Of a DNA stretch of 64,000 nucleotides, positions 49,361-60,692 are shown piece by piece. Numbering within the stretch: position 1 is the first letter of the stretch; every line of letters starts with the position of its first letter. The notes beneath the pieces were generated by a model, which did not search any database, was not told the origin of the DNA, and was given only the letters and a program-made list of their open reading frames with translations. Position numbers and translations under genes: made by a program. The stretch is from Actinomycetes bacterium (GTDB taxonomy: Bacteria > Actinomycetota > Actinomycetes > S36-B12 > GCA-2699445). Where the stretch lies: NCBI GenBank assembly GCA_022599915.1, contig JAHZLH010000027.1:73813-137812 (forward strand). The letters are read 5' to 3'.

Positions 49361-50311
49361 GTGATGGCGGGCCGATCGTGGGTACTCGCCTATCTGGCGC
49401 TGGCACTCATGTGGGGTATGAGTTTCGCCTTCAATCAACTGTCACTGGAATCATTTACTCCCCTGCAGATCACCGCAGGCCGGATGGGTCTAGGTGGATT
49501 GACTCTGCTGACCATTTTGCTGGTCACGAAGAACGCCCCGCGACCCAACCGCACCGAGTTACGACACCTGATCATTCTTGGCGTATTCGGTCTCGCGCTG
49601 CCATTCACCTTGATTTCCTTCGCCCAGACACAAATCACCTCCATCCTGGCGGGGCTGCTCAACGCGGCCACACCACTGTTCGCGGGCATCATCATTACGC
49701 TGCTGATCCCTGCCGAACGACCTGACCGAACGCAGGCGGTGGGACTCGTCGTGGGTTTCGCGGGCATCGCGGTGCTGATCGGTGTGTGGGAAGCATTTGA
49801 CGAGGGCTTCGCCACCCCTGCTGGTATTGCAGCGATGATCGGGGCCAGCCTGTGCTACGGCTTTGCTACCTCCTTCAGCCGCTTGAAGCTGTCCGCTTCC
49901 AGCCTGTCGGGAAGTCAGCTCAGCTCGGTGCAACTACTGGCAGGCGCGGGAATGGCGCTGCTCTTGCTTCCGATAGACCCAGTGCCCGATCGCGGGGGCA
50001 TCACGTGGTCGGCAACTGCGGCTCTCGTAGTACTCGGTGTGCTCGGCACCGGTGTGGCGATGGTGCTGATGTGGCACGTCATTCGACAAGCGGGTTCCAC
50101 TATTGCCGCGACTGTCACTTACGCGATCCCAGTGGTGTCCACCACCATCGGTGTGACGCTGTTGGCCGAACGACTGGAGTGGAATGAGATTGTCGGCGGC
50201 CTGATTGTCATCTTCGGCGTCGTACTGACCCAATGGACGCAACTGACCCGGCGTCACGACTTCGGCGGCACTCGCGCATCGACGACAGCGGAGACGACTG
50301 AGGCTGGCTAG
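49361..50311 (+). CDS. EamA/DMT-family transporter
   Basis: 10-TM protein with two EamA-like halves (..LALMWGMSFAF..; ..VLGVLGTGVAMVLMW..). Confidence 0.85.
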   Translation: MMAGRSWVLAYLALALMWGMSFAFNQLSLESFTPLQITAGRMGLGGLTLLTILLVTKNAPRPNRTELRHLIILGVFGLALPFTLISFAQTQITSILAGLLNAATPLFAGIIITLLIPAERPDRTQAVGLVVGFAGIAVLIGVWEAFDEGFATPAGIAAMIGASLCYGFATSFSRLKLSASSLSGSQLSSVQLLAGAGMALLLLPIDPVPDRGGITWSATAALVVLGVLGTGVAMVLMWHVIRQAGSTIAATVTYAIPVVSTTIGVTLLAERLEWNEIVGGLIVIFGVVLTQWTQLTRRHDFGGTRASTTAETTEAG

Positions 50312-50312
50312 T

Positions 50313-51920
50313 TCACTCACCCTGGCGGATGAACCAAAACCGCAAGGCGTCGTCGAGTGCGAGCCAGGAGGCTTCTATGACGTTTTCGTGGACACCCACG
50401 GTCTGCCACTCCTCGGCACTGTCTGTGCTGCTGATCAACACCCGGGTCACTGCGTCGGTGCCCTCCACCCCGTCCAAGATTCGAACCTTGTAGTCCACCA
50501 ACTTCATATCCGACAGTTCCGGGTGCGCGCCTAGCAACGCCTTGCGTAGTGCATTATCCAAAGCGTTGACCGGGCCGTTTCCCTCCGCGGTGGAAATCAC
50601 TCGTTCACCGTCAATGTCAATCTTGACCGTTGCCTCGCTCACCACCCGGCCATCGGCTCGGCGCTCCACCAATGCTCGCCACGACTCCAAAAGATAAGGC
50701 GGTGATGGGCGGTCTCCGGTCTCATCACGCAGCATCAGTTCAAATGAGGCATCGGCCGCCTCGAAGGACCAGCCGCCCGCTTCTAGTTCTTTCACTCGAT
50801 TCGTGAGCCGGGTGAGCGCACCGCGATCGGCAGCAAGGTCAAAGCCGAGTTCTTTGCTCTTCATTTCCACCGAGGCCCGGCCCGCCATTTCGGTGACCAG
50901 CACTCTCATGTCGTTGCCAACGAGGTCTGGATCGATGTGGTTATACAGATCGTTGTTCACCTTGAGCGCGCTGGCATGTAGTCCTGCTTTGTGAGCGAAG
51001 GAAGAGATGCCCGCATAGGGCTGGTGAGTGTCTGGAGGAAGGTTGGCAATGTCAGCGACAGCGTGCGACACCCGCACCGTCTCGGCCAGATTGCCCGGTG
51101 GCAGCACTGGAATACCCATCTTCAGTTCTAGGTTGGCAGTGACCGCGAAGATATCGGCATTGCCGGTTCGTTCCCCGTAGCCATTAGCGGTGCCTTGCAC
51201 ATGAGTAACGCCAGCTTCCACTGCGGCGATGGTGTTTGCGACCGCACAACCGGTGTCGTCTTGACAGTGGATCCCGAGTCGCACCCCGCTGCGCTCGGCA
51301 ACGTCGGTGACCACTCGGGAAATTCCCGATGGCAGCATTCCGCCGTTGGTGTCGCATAACACCCCTACCGAAGCACCAGCCTCGGCGGCCGCCACCAGCA
51401 ACCGGACACCATAGTCCGCGTCATGGTCGTAGCCGTCAAAGAAGTGCTCCATATCGACAAAGACCCGCCGCCCTTCGCCCACGAGATACGCGACAGTGTC
51501 GGAAATCATGGCCACGTTCTCATCCAGGGTGGTGCGCAGCGCTAGGTCGACATGGCGAACGTCCGATTTAGCCACCAGCGTGATGACCGGCGCCTGGGAG
51601 GCTAACAACGCAGCCACCTGCGGGTCGTCCGCAGCGGCCACTCCGGGCTTGCGAGTGGCACCGAAGGCCACCAACTGGGCGTTAGTCAGTTTTAGTTCAG
51701 TCTGAGCTTGCGCGAAGAACTCTGTGTCTTTCGGCATGGCTCCGGGCCAGCCACCTTCGATGAAGCCAACACCGTACTCGTCCAATAGCCGAGCAACAGC
51801 GAGCTTGTCCGGCACCGAAAAGGAGATCCCTTCCCGCTGCGCACCATCGCGCAGCGTGGTGTCGAAGACGTGGAACTCGTTATTGGGCAGTTCCGGTGCG
51901 CCTGTCAGCTGGGACGCCAT
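50313..51920 (-). CDS. cimA: citramalate synthase (LeuA-related, CimA type)
   Basis: ATG 51920 lies 5 nt after GAGGAGGA. Sequence FHVFDTTLRDGAQREGISFSV..GVGFIEGGWPGA.., HCQDDTG and a LeuA-dimer-like C-terminus. The shorter N-terminus and the GGWPGA motif distinguish it from the LeuA at 58957. Confidence 0.85.
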   Translation of the reverse strand: MASQLTGAPELPNNEFHVFDTTLRDGAQREGISFSVPDKLAVARLLDEYGVGFIEGGWPGAMPKDTEFFAQAQTELKLTNAQLVAFGATRKPGVAAADDPQVAALLASQAPVITLVAKSDVRHVDLALRTTLDENVAMISDTVAYLVGEGRRVFVDMEHFFDGYDHDADYGVRLLVAAAEAGASVGVLCDTNGGMLPSGISRVVTDVAERSGVRLGIHCQDDTGCAVANTIAAVEAGVTHVQGTANGYGERTGNADIFAVTANLELKMGIPVLPPGNLAETVRVSHAVADIANLPPDTHQPYAGISSFAHKAGLHASALKVNNDLYNHIDPDLVGNDMRVLVTEMAGRASVEMKSKELGFDLAADRGALTRLTNRVKELEAGGWSFEAADASFELMLRDETGDRPSPPYLLESWRALVERRADGRVVSEATVKIDIDGERVISTAEGNGPVNALDNALRKALLGAHPELSDMKLVDYKVRILDGVEGTDAVTRVLISSTDSAEEWQTVGVHENVIEASWLALDDALRFWFIRQGE

Positions 51921-51960
51921 CGGTGTCCTCCTCATCTTCCTGTTCTGGGCCGTCATCAAT

Positions 51961-52045
51961 GAAAAACCCCCTCGCCTAGGGCGTAGGGGGTTCGCGCGGC
52001 AGGTGGGCCTGTCGCGCGCTAGATAATAATGATGACCGCAGTCAC
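51961..52045 (-). promoter_or_regulatory. putative leader-peptide transcription attenuator (Ile-codon run) upstream of cimA
   Basis: Minus strand: GTG ACT GCG GTC ATC ATT ATT ATC TAG (52045->52019). An 11-bp-stem hairpin follows (52018->51993), then a 12-bp hairpin plus TTTTT (51992->51962). Confidence 0.65.
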
Positions 52046-52100
52046 CCGCCTATGGTGACACTCTCCGCCGCATCAGGGCAACCGAGGTAGCGAAACTGGG

Positions 52101-52745
52101 CTACTCACGCCGTTGGCTGTCGCCGGTAGCCCGAGCGAGACCCTGCTGAAAAAACTCCACTGCCGCGGCAGTTTTGCCCCCATGATCCGACCCCGTCAAC
52201 TCCCGTATCGGTAGTGCGGCACCGAACGGCAGATTCCAGAACGGATCCGCATTGACCTGGTCGGGGCCAACGTAGGCGTAGGCCTCCGGCATGGCCGAGT
52301 CCGGCGGCGCAACGCCAAAGTTGATGTCGCGAAAGCGAATCGCCACGTCCAAGTGTTCCGGCCACAGGATGGGTGTCTCACCTGGTTGAAAGAGCCGAAG
52401 CGCATCGCATCCGATCAGGTACTCAGCATGGATCAACGCGAGCTCCGCGGGGTCGAGCTGCAGCACCGTATCTGGGTTCGCGGGGACCGGATCGTGGTAG
52501 TCGACCTCGGGACGACCCAACGGCAAACCGGCGGCAGTGGCGATCTCGCTAATGCTGCCGACTACCGGGACAGTGCGGCCCTCGGCGGTGAGAACCACCC
52601 CGGTGAGTTCTATCGCGGGCTCCCGCGAGGTGGCGAAGCCGGCGTCAGACACTCGCAGCCGGACGGTGTCACTGCGCGCGTGTTGCGGACCGGCCAGTAG
52701 CCACTCACAGATGGCGTGGAGTGATGACCTGGTCGCTGAGCTCAC
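52101..52745 (-). CDS. hypothetical protein (between ilvE and cimA)
   Basis: GTG 52745 lies 9 nt after the ilvE TAA; the tracked ORF start (52973) is inside ilvE. The composition is protein-like and no family is recognised. Confidence 0.55.
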   Translation of the reverse strand: MSSATRSSLHAICEWLLAGPQHARSDTVRLRVSDAGFATSREPAIELTGVVLTAEGRTVPVVGSISEIATAAGLPLGRPEVDYHDPVPANPDTVLQLDPAELALIHAEYLIGCDALRLFQPGETPILWPEHLDVAIRFRDINFGVAPPDSAMPEAYAYVGPDQVNADPFWNLPFGAALPIRELTGSDHGGKTAAAVEFFQQGLARATGDSQRRE

Positions 52746-52753
52746 GAGTCGCC

Positions 52754-53863
52754 TTATCCGACTCGTTCCAACCAGCCGTACGGGTCCGGTGCCGCACCCG
52801 TCTGAATGTCCAGCAGTGACTGCCGCAGCCGGGACGTGATCGGCCCAGCGTTGCCGTCTCCGACCGTCCAGTTCCCGTTCCGGCTCTTGACGTGACCGAC
52901 CGGAGTGATGACTGCTGCAGTACCGCAGGCAAACACTTCGGTCAGTTCGCCAGATTCGTTGGCCTGCTGCCATTCCTCGACGCTGATCCGGCCTTCTTCC
53001 ACCTGGTAGCCAAGGTCAGCGCCCAGCCGCAACAGCGAATCCCGCGTGATGCCCGGCAGCAGGGAACCGGTCAGCGAGGGCGTCATCAGCCGGGCATTTT
53101 CGCCGCTGCCGAAGACGAAGTAGAGGTTCATACCGCCCATCTCTTCGACCCAGCGGTGCTCGTTGGCGTCCAGCCACACCACCTGATCGCAGCCGTGTTC
53201 TGCGGCTTCTGCCTGCGCGATCAACGAAGCCGCATAGTTTCCCGCGCACTTGGCCTCACCGGTACCACCCGGTGCTGCCCGCACATAGTCCTCCGACAGC
53301 CACACCGTCACCGGCTGCAGGCCACCTTTGAAGTAGGCGCCAGCCGGTGAAGCGATCAGCAGGTACAGGTATTCATCGGCGGGGCGCACGCCAAGGCCCA
53401 CTTCGGTGGAGAACATGAAGGGCCGAAGGTAGAGCGACTTCTCTTGATCCTGCGGTACCCAATCCCCATCCTGGGCGATCAGCGCCCGGACGGATTCCAA
53501 GAACAGCTCCTCGGGTAACTCCGCCATGGCAAGACGGCGAGCGGAGCGCTGAAAGCGCTGCGCATTCGCTTCCGGCCGGAAGGTGTAGATCGCGCCGTCA
53601 GCGTGCCGGTAGGCCTTGAGCCCTTCAAAGATCGACTGACCGTAGTGAATCGAGTTGGTCGCCGGATCCAGGCTCAATGGGCCGTAGGGAACGACGGCGG
53701 CATCATGCCATCCCTTCTCCGCAATCCATCGCGCTTGCACCATGTGATCGGTGAAGACGTTGCCGAACCCGGGGTCCTGCAGGATCATCTCGCGCTCGTT
53801 GGCGGGCAACGGCGAGGGGTTGGCGCGCAGCGGGAACTGCGTGTCACTGTGCGACATCGACAT
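52754..53863 (-). CDS. ilvE: branched-chain amino acid aminotransferase
   Basis: 369 aa, long actinobacterial form. Sequence ..FTDHMV.., ..[21 protein letters not shown].., ..[15 protein letters not shown].., ..GITRDS... Confidence 0.94.
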   Translation of the reverse strand: MSMSHSDTQFPLRANPSPLPANEREMILQDPGFGNVFTDHMVQARWIAEKGWHDAAVVPYGPLSLDPATNSIHYGQSIFEGLKAYRHADGAIYTFRPEANAQRFQRSARRLAMAELPEELFLESVRALIAQDGDWVPQDQEKSLYLRPFMFSTEVGLGVRPADEYLYLLIASPAGAYFKGGLQPVTVWLSEDYVRAAPGGTGEAKCAGNYAASLIAQAEAAEHGCDQVVWLDANEHRWVEEMGGMNLYFVFGSGENARLMTPSLTGSLLPGITRDSLLRLGADLGYQVEEGRISVEEWQQANESGELTEVFACGTAAVITPVGHVKSRNGNWTVGDGNAGPITSRLRQSLLDIQTGAAPDPYGWLERVG

Positions 53864-54026
53864 GGCAGGCTCCGAACCGGTGGTGTGCGCTTAGTGTGGC
53901 CTACTAAGATACCGGCACCGACCCCGGTACTGTCTTTTGCATTGCACGCTAGTGGGTCGCTTACTGGCTGGCATATTGCTTCTGGCCTGTTTCGGCGGCA
54001 GGGACTCTGCGGCAAGAAAGGCGACC

Positions 54027-55079
54027 GTGACCGCGCAGATTGTGATCACCACCAATCAACTCAACCTAGGTGGAGCTGAACAGCAAAGAATCGCGCTCGC
54101 CAATGGGCTCGCAGCTCGAGGGCACTCGGTCACTATGTTGGTCATCCAGGACCCGGGCATGTTCGCTGACTCACTTGCCGATGGCGTCAACCTCGAGGTA
54201 CAAGGATGGCGCTCAGCACGCGCCCCCGATAGTGGTCAGGACTCTGTCACGGTCATCACCGGCACCACTCACACCGAGTGTGCCGTTGGGCTGCGCTGGC
54301 GCTATCTGAACCTTCGAGATCGATGCCGGTGGCTAGTGGCTTGCCACTCATCGCGAAGTGATGGACCAAACTACGGCCACAGGTTGGGATGGATGATCCG
54401 GCGCAGTGATCGGGTCATCGCCCTTTCGCAGGGACACTGGCGTGAACTAACAGCCCATCAGAAGCTCTCGTCAACTGCGCCACTCATCGTACCCAACGGC
54501 GTGGCCCGAGAATCGGTTCAACAACCTGCCCGCCAGATGGTCCCGGGCCGACCAGTTCGCCTCGTCTTCGTGGGACGCCTAGTCGAAGAAAAGGGAGTCC
54601 AGGTCGCCATTGCTGCGCTCACTGAACTTGAAGAACTTTCCTGGGAGTTTGATATCTATGGTCAAGGAGATTTTGAGAGCCAGCTCGCCAGTTGCATCCC
54701 GCCCCACTTGTCGGATCGCATTGTCTTGCGCGGATCCACCCAAACGCCGATCGCCGTCATGAAGGAAGCCGATCTCCTCCTGCTTCCTAGCCGGGCGGAG
54801 GCGCAGCCCATGGTATTGCTAGAGGCCATGTCGGCAGGAACCGCGACCATGGCAGTAGGAGTAGGAGCAGTGCCCGAAATACTGTCCGGCGGCTGTGGTG
54901 TCCTCATGGCCGACCAATCGGTATCCGCTTGGCGCGAGGCGTTACGAAGAGCTATCACCAATCCCGAGCAGTTGCTCGAACTCGGGCAACGCGGCTGGAA
55001 ATGCGGCCAGAAGTACTCCGTCGATCAGATGATCGACGGCTACGAACAGGCCATCGAGTCGGCGTGGCGCAGCGACTAG
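54027..55079 (+). CDS. glycosyltransferase, GT4/GT-B fold
   Basis: GTG 54027 lies 5 nt after AAGAAAGG. N-terminus ..NQLNLGGAEQQ... C-terminus ..LLLPSRAEAQPMVLLEAMSAGTATMA.. (E-x7-E). Confidence 0.85.
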   Translation: MTAQIVITTNQLNLGGAEQQRIALANGLAARGHSVTMLVIQDPGMFADSLADGVNLEVQGWRSARAPDSGQDSVTVITGTTHTECAVGLRWRYLNLRDRCRWLVACHSSRSDGPNYGHRLGWMIRRSDRVIALSQGHWRELTAHQKLSSTAPLIVPNGVARESVQQPARQMVPGRPVRLVFVGRLVEEKGVQVAIAALTELEELSWEFDIYGQGDFESQLASCIPPHLSDRIVLRGSTQTPIAVMKEADLLLLPSRAEAQPMVLLEAMSAGTATMAVGVGAVPEILSGGCGVLMADQSVSAWREALRRAITNPEQLLELGQRGWKCGQKYSVDQMIDGYEQAIESAWRSD

Positions 55080-55095
55080 CCAGCCACAAGAACGA

Positions 55096-56145
55096 TCACG
55101 AGCTCCGAACCCGTTCGGCCAGGGTATCGCCGATCATTGCCGTGCTCCTGGTGCCTGCACCGCGGCTGGCCAAATCCTCCGACACTGCCTTTTCCACCGC
55201 AGTTGCAGCATCTGACAGACCGAGATGATCGAGCATCATGGCAACGCTGAGGACAGTTGCGGTGGGGTCGGCTTTGCCTTGCCCCGCAATGTCAGGAGCC
55301 GAGCCGTGTACCGGCTCGAACATGCTGGGATTGTTCCGGCTCGGGTCGAGATTTCCGCTTGCTGCGAGTCCAATGCCTCCTGCAATAGCGGCACCAATGT
55401 CGGTAAGAATGTCCCCGAATAGGTTATCGGTAACGACAACATCAAAGCGTTCAGGCTGCGTAAGGAAGAACATGGCCGCCGCATCGACGTGGAGGTAGTC
55501 GGTGCTCACCGCGGGATATTCGGCCGCGACCGTATCGAAAACCCGATTCCACAGCATGCCCGCATGAACCAAAACATTGGTCTTGTGAATCAGGGTTACT
55601 TGACGATCCCGACCTTCGGCCCGGGAAAATGCCTCGCGGACGATCCGCTCGATCCCATAGGCCGTGTTGATGCTCTCCTCGGTAGCCACTTCATGGGGTG
55701 TCCCGACCCGCAGATTTCCTCCCGATCCCGCATAGGGACCTTCCGTCCCTTCTCGACAGACCACGAAGTCGATATCTTCTGAGCCCTTGCCAGCCAAAGG
55801 TGTAGCGACGCCGGGGTAGAGCTTGACCGGCCGCAGGTTCACATGGTGGTCCAGCTCGAACCGAAGCCGTAGCAACAGTCCGCGCTCGAGGACTCCAGGC
55901 GGAACAGAAGGATCACCAACGGCTCCAAGCAAAATGGCATCCAGGTCGCGCAGCTCTGCCAACACCGAGTCCGGTAGCGCTTCACCGGACGAGTTGTAGC
56001 GCGCGGCACCAAGATCGTAGGTCTCGTTCCTAAATGTGACATCAAACCGATCAGAAACCGCATCGAGCACTTTGCGGCCTTCTGCTACTACTTCGATGCC
56101 AATCCCGTCTCCGGGGACAACTGCGATGTTAAAGGACTCAGCCAT
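55096..56145 (-). CDS. leuB: 3-isopropylmalate dehydrogenase
   Basis: ATG 56145 ([19 protein letters not shown]..). Motifs ..NLRP.., ..RE.TEG.Y.., NLFGDILTD and ..GSAPDIAG... Confidence 0.95.
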   Translation of the reverse strand: MAESFNIAVVPGDGIGIEVVAEGRKVLDAVSDRFDVTFRNETYDLGAARYNSSGEALPDSVLAELRDLDAILLGAVGDPSVPPGVLERGLLLRLRFELDHHVNLRPVKLYPGVATPLAGKGSEDIDFVVCREGTEGPYAGSGGNLRVGTPHEVATEESINTAYGIERIVREAFSRAEGRDRQVTLIHKTNVLVHAGMLWNRVFDTVAAEYPAVSTDYLHVDAAAMFFLTQPERFDVVVTDNLFGDILTDIGAAIAGGIGLAASGNLDPSRNNPSMFEPVHGSAPDIAGQGKADPTATVLSVAMMLDHLGLSDAATAVEKAVSEDLASRGAGTRSTAMIGDTLAERVRSS

Positions 56146-56221
56146 ATTCACCAGGGTAGGTGGCGCGCGACTGCGCCACCGCACTAGGCCTTGACCGGGT
56201 CAACTGACTAGGCTCGCTAAA

Positions 56222-57334
56222 ATGAATCAACCTGGCGCCACGGTTATCCTGTCGCTGCGCAGCGTCGCTCGGGGCCCATGGCTCACCCAGCTATACGCCT
56301 TGGAGGATTTCACGGCCGCGGCTCTAGCTGCAGATGTTGTGCCCGCACCCGTTCCGAGCCGACTGGCATCCCGGCTGATCAGCCGACGTAGGGTGCGCCG
56401 TGGACTTGCTCGCACTCGGACTCCCGTTGTCCGCCCGCCACAGTTGAATCCGGATAGCTACGAGACTTTGATTGCCTTCAGCAACGATGTCTTCACCTTT
56501 AGAGACGGATTCATGGAACTGCTGAACCGGATACCACAGGTTGCGAAACGTCGGATCCTGTATTTGGACGAATCTTGGTCCAGCGATATCCGGGCTAACC
56601 CCAAGGCTTACCAGCAGGCTGCTGGTGTCTTCACCCACATATTCACCACGCTGCCATCAGCGGCATCACTCCTCGCTGCAACCACCGAAGTACCAGTCCG
56701 GGCAGTTCCCAGCAGTATCGACCTCAAGTCGCTGGTGCCTTGGTCGGCAGATCCGCGGCCGATTGACATCACTTGGCTAGGGAGGAAACTTTCGCACCAA
56801 CACGAGAGTTTGCTGGACTGGGCGAGCACCCAACGTTTCTACAACTACGACGCCACACCACCGCGTGATGTCACCAACTTCGCCGAACACCGACGCGCGT
56901 TGGGCAACACCTTGCTGAACTCCAACTTTTGGATCACTAATCCAGCCCGTATCGATGACCCGAAACGTATCGAAGGAGCAATCGAAGTTGGGTTGCGCTC
57001 TTATGAGGCACTTGCGGCCGGATGCCTGATGCTTGGCCGACTCCCCCGAGAGGCTGAGTTCTTCCAGAAAGACTTCGCCGATCTGCCCGGGTTGGTGGAC
57101 TTCGACATCGACTCAAGTCAAGTACCTGCCCAAGTCACCGAACTGCTCAATGATCCAGCGGCGATTCGGACAGCGCGAACCAAACATCGACTGCGGGGAC
57201 TTGAACGGTGTGACCTTGCCCATGGCCTGCAACGAATACTTGGCGAGGTTGGACTCAGCGAAGTTCCAGCAGTGACGGAGCGAATCGCCTACCTGCAGGC
57301 GGAGGCCGCGCGACTGCGCAGCGGAACCGACTAG
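56222..57334 (+). CDS. hypothetical glycosyltransferase-like protein (GT-B C-terminal domain, CgeB/DUF3880-like)
   Basis: The C-terminal ..GLRSYEALAAGCLMLG.. and ..LLNDPAAIRTARTKHRLRGLE.. resemble GT1-type C-domains. The N-terminal half is unrecognised and the start is unverified (no SD). Confidence 0.5.
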   Translation: MNQPGATVILSLRSVARGPWLTQLYALEDFTAAALAADVVPAPVPSRLASRLISRRRVRRGLARTRTPVVRPPQLNPDSYETLIAFSNDVFTFRDGFMELLNRIPQVAKRRILYLDESWSSDIRANPKAYQQAAGVFTHIFTTLPSAASLLAATTEVPVRAVPSSIDLKSLVPWSADPRPIDITWLGRKLSHQHESLLDWASTQRFYNYDATPPRDVTNFAEHRRALGNTLLNSNFWITNPARIDDPKRIEGAIEVGLRSYEALAAGCLMLGRLPREAEFFQKDFADLPGLVDFDIDSSQVPAQVTELLNDPAAIRTARTKHRLRGLERCDLAHGLQRILGEVGLSEVPAVTERIAYLQAEAARLRSGTD

Positions 57335-57341
57335 CGGTCCA

Positions 57342-58160
57342 CTACTGCCGCCAAACCACCCAGTCGTCGTGACGCACGCTGCTTGGCGTCTGAATGCCGG
57401 CATCGCGGTAGTAGCCAAACTTGAGGTACGACTCGAGACCCGGATAGAGGGTGCCGGTGACGGGATGCCAGTCGGTGACGACCGATACGCCATCTCGCCA
57501 CACATCAAGCGATCCTTGTCGCGGATCACTGGCAAACTGGATTCGCACGACCCAGTCGACCCATTCGTAGTTGGTCGCCGGACCTAGATCAACGTACTCG
57601 ACCGCAGATTGTGGATCTGTTCCTGAACGGCCCCATCCCCCGCCGATCTCGTACCGACCGTTCTCAACAACCAGAGCCACTGGTGGCGACGAATCCCCGT
57701 CATCTTTCCATTGGACGAGCACCTGCCAATCCTCGGTGTCTAACGACATATTCCGAAGTTGCGTGGCGAAGGAAAAAACAACGACGTCCCCTTCCCGAAA
57801 CCGGAGTCCGGGTGGAGCACTTTCGCTTCGCTCACCATTGGCGGGAATGTAATACTCCGCCGAACTGCGGCCTTGGCGAGCGTCGCCGGTCACGATAGTC
57901 GGTGGCGTTGGCCGGTGGTTCCACGGTGTATCGCCCAAGGCCTCTAGGTCGCCTGACTCGAAGTCGGCGGCGAAGAGGATCGGATCGTTGGACTCTGCAG
58001 TGGGTTCGACGGGAGCACTCGCACCCGGCGAACCGTTGAGCGCCAAGGCGGCGGCCATCCCACCCGCAAGCACAGCGACGAGGAAGGCAACAGCAGCGAT
58101 CCAGACCTGCCGATTGCCCCGGGGGGCGTCTTGGCCTGGTGGATTTACGTCCACCTTCAA
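57342..58160 (-). CDS. membrane-anchored polysaccharide-lyase-like protein (ConA-like jelly-roll; heparin-lyase-I / Polysacc_lyase-type)
   Basis: N-terminal TM helix VWIAAVAFLVAVLAGGMAAALAL. Body pattern ..FESGDL..W..S.E....G.RSE.., ..W.V..QW.., ..P.......G.....GG.., ..W...V..I.....G....W.DG... and ..LKFGYYR... The call is from memory of the family. Confidence 0.5.
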   Translation of the reverse strand: MKVDVNPPGQDAPRGNRQVWIAAVAFLVAVLAGGMAAALALNGSPGASAPVEPTAESNDPILFAADFESGDLEALGDTPWNHRPTPPTIVTGDARQGRSSAEYYIPANGERSESAPPGLRFREGDVVVFSFATQLRNMSLDTEDWQVLVQWKDDGDSSPPVALVVENGRYEIGGGWGRSGTDPQSAVEYVDLGPATNYEWVDWVVRIQFASDPRQGSLDVWRDGVSVVTDWHPVTGTLYPGLESYLKFGYYRDAGIQTPSSVRHDDWVVWRQ

Positions 58161-58208
58161 CCCCTTTTAGTCAGTGGTTGTCACGTCACGCTCGTGATGC
58201 TGATTTCA

Positions 58209-58745
58209 TCAGCTCGCCATCACCGCACCCTCGTGCGCTAGCAACCATTGCTTCACCTGCACTCCATAGCCGTAGCCACCCAACGATCCGTCTGCGGCAA
58301 CTACACGGTGACAGGGAACGAAGGGTGCAATTCGATTGGCCCCACATGCCGCGCCCACCGCGCGCGCCGCGCGAGGATGCCCGATCCGAGCGGCAACCTC
58401 AGAGTACGCCCAAACCTCCCCCGAAGGAATCTCCCGCAGCTCTTGCCACACGAGTTCCTGAACAGGAGAGCCGCTTTGCTGCACTCGCGGCCGAGCGAGA
58501 GCGGCAAGATCTCCGGCAAGGTAGTCAGACCAAGCCTTCGCTACATCAGCCACCTCACCGCGCTGCGGCTGCCTCAGCAATCCCGCTGCGGCGGCGAGTT
58601 TTTCGACCGGAGCAAAACCAGCCGCCACGATCTGATCCTCGTCAAGAATGACTACGAGTTCCGCGGGGCCACCTGCTAGCACCTGAAAATGCACACAGAT
58701 ATAGTAATCGCCTAGCAGTGACCGGACTTCGCCGAAGGCCGTCAA
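58209..58745 (-). CDS. ogt: methylated-DNA--protein-cysteine S-methyltransferase
   Basis: Active site IAPFVPCHRVV, with ..YSEVA..IG.P.AARAVG.A.. upstream. I chose TTG 58745 as the start (8 nt after GGGAAG). The tracked ORF start (58901) would overlap the leuA leader. Confidence 0.85.
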   Translation of the reverse strand: MTAFGEVRSLLGDYYICVHFQVLAGGPAELVVILDEDQIVAAGFAPVEKLAAAAGLLRQPQRGEVADVAKAWSDYLAGDLAALARPRVQQSGSPVQELVWQELREIPSGEVWAYSEVAARIGHPRAARAVGAACGANRIAPFVPCHRVVAADGSLGGYGYGVQVKQWLLAHEGAVMAS

Positions 58746-58843
58746 CCACTGGACTTCCCGCCAGGCCGAGATGAGAAACCTCGGCGCAGCGATGCCTTCT
58801 TGGGGGTTCACCTCCGTACACCCGCGCTGGTACCTTAGAGAAC

Positions 58844-58920
58844 ATGTTCGACGCGGTTCTGCTTCTTGGCAGCCGCGGTGGAGCCTCATAAGACTGGCCA
58901 CTCCACCGCGGTGGCTTTCG
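58844..58920 (+). promoter_or_regulatory. putative Leu-codon leader ORF plus hairpin upstream of leuA
   Basis: ATG TTC GAC GCG GTT CTG CTT CTT GGC AGC CGC GGT GGA GCC TCA TAA (58844..58891). A perfect 11-bp stem pairs CCGCGGTGGAG (58873-83) with CTCCACCGCGG (58901-11), followed by TGGCTTTCG. Confidence 0.55.
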
Positions 58921-58947
58921 CTGCTGGTCCTATCCGCTTTCCCCTAA

Positions 58948-60675
<1,728 letters not shown>

Positions 60676-60692
60676 TCCAAGCTTCGCTCACG

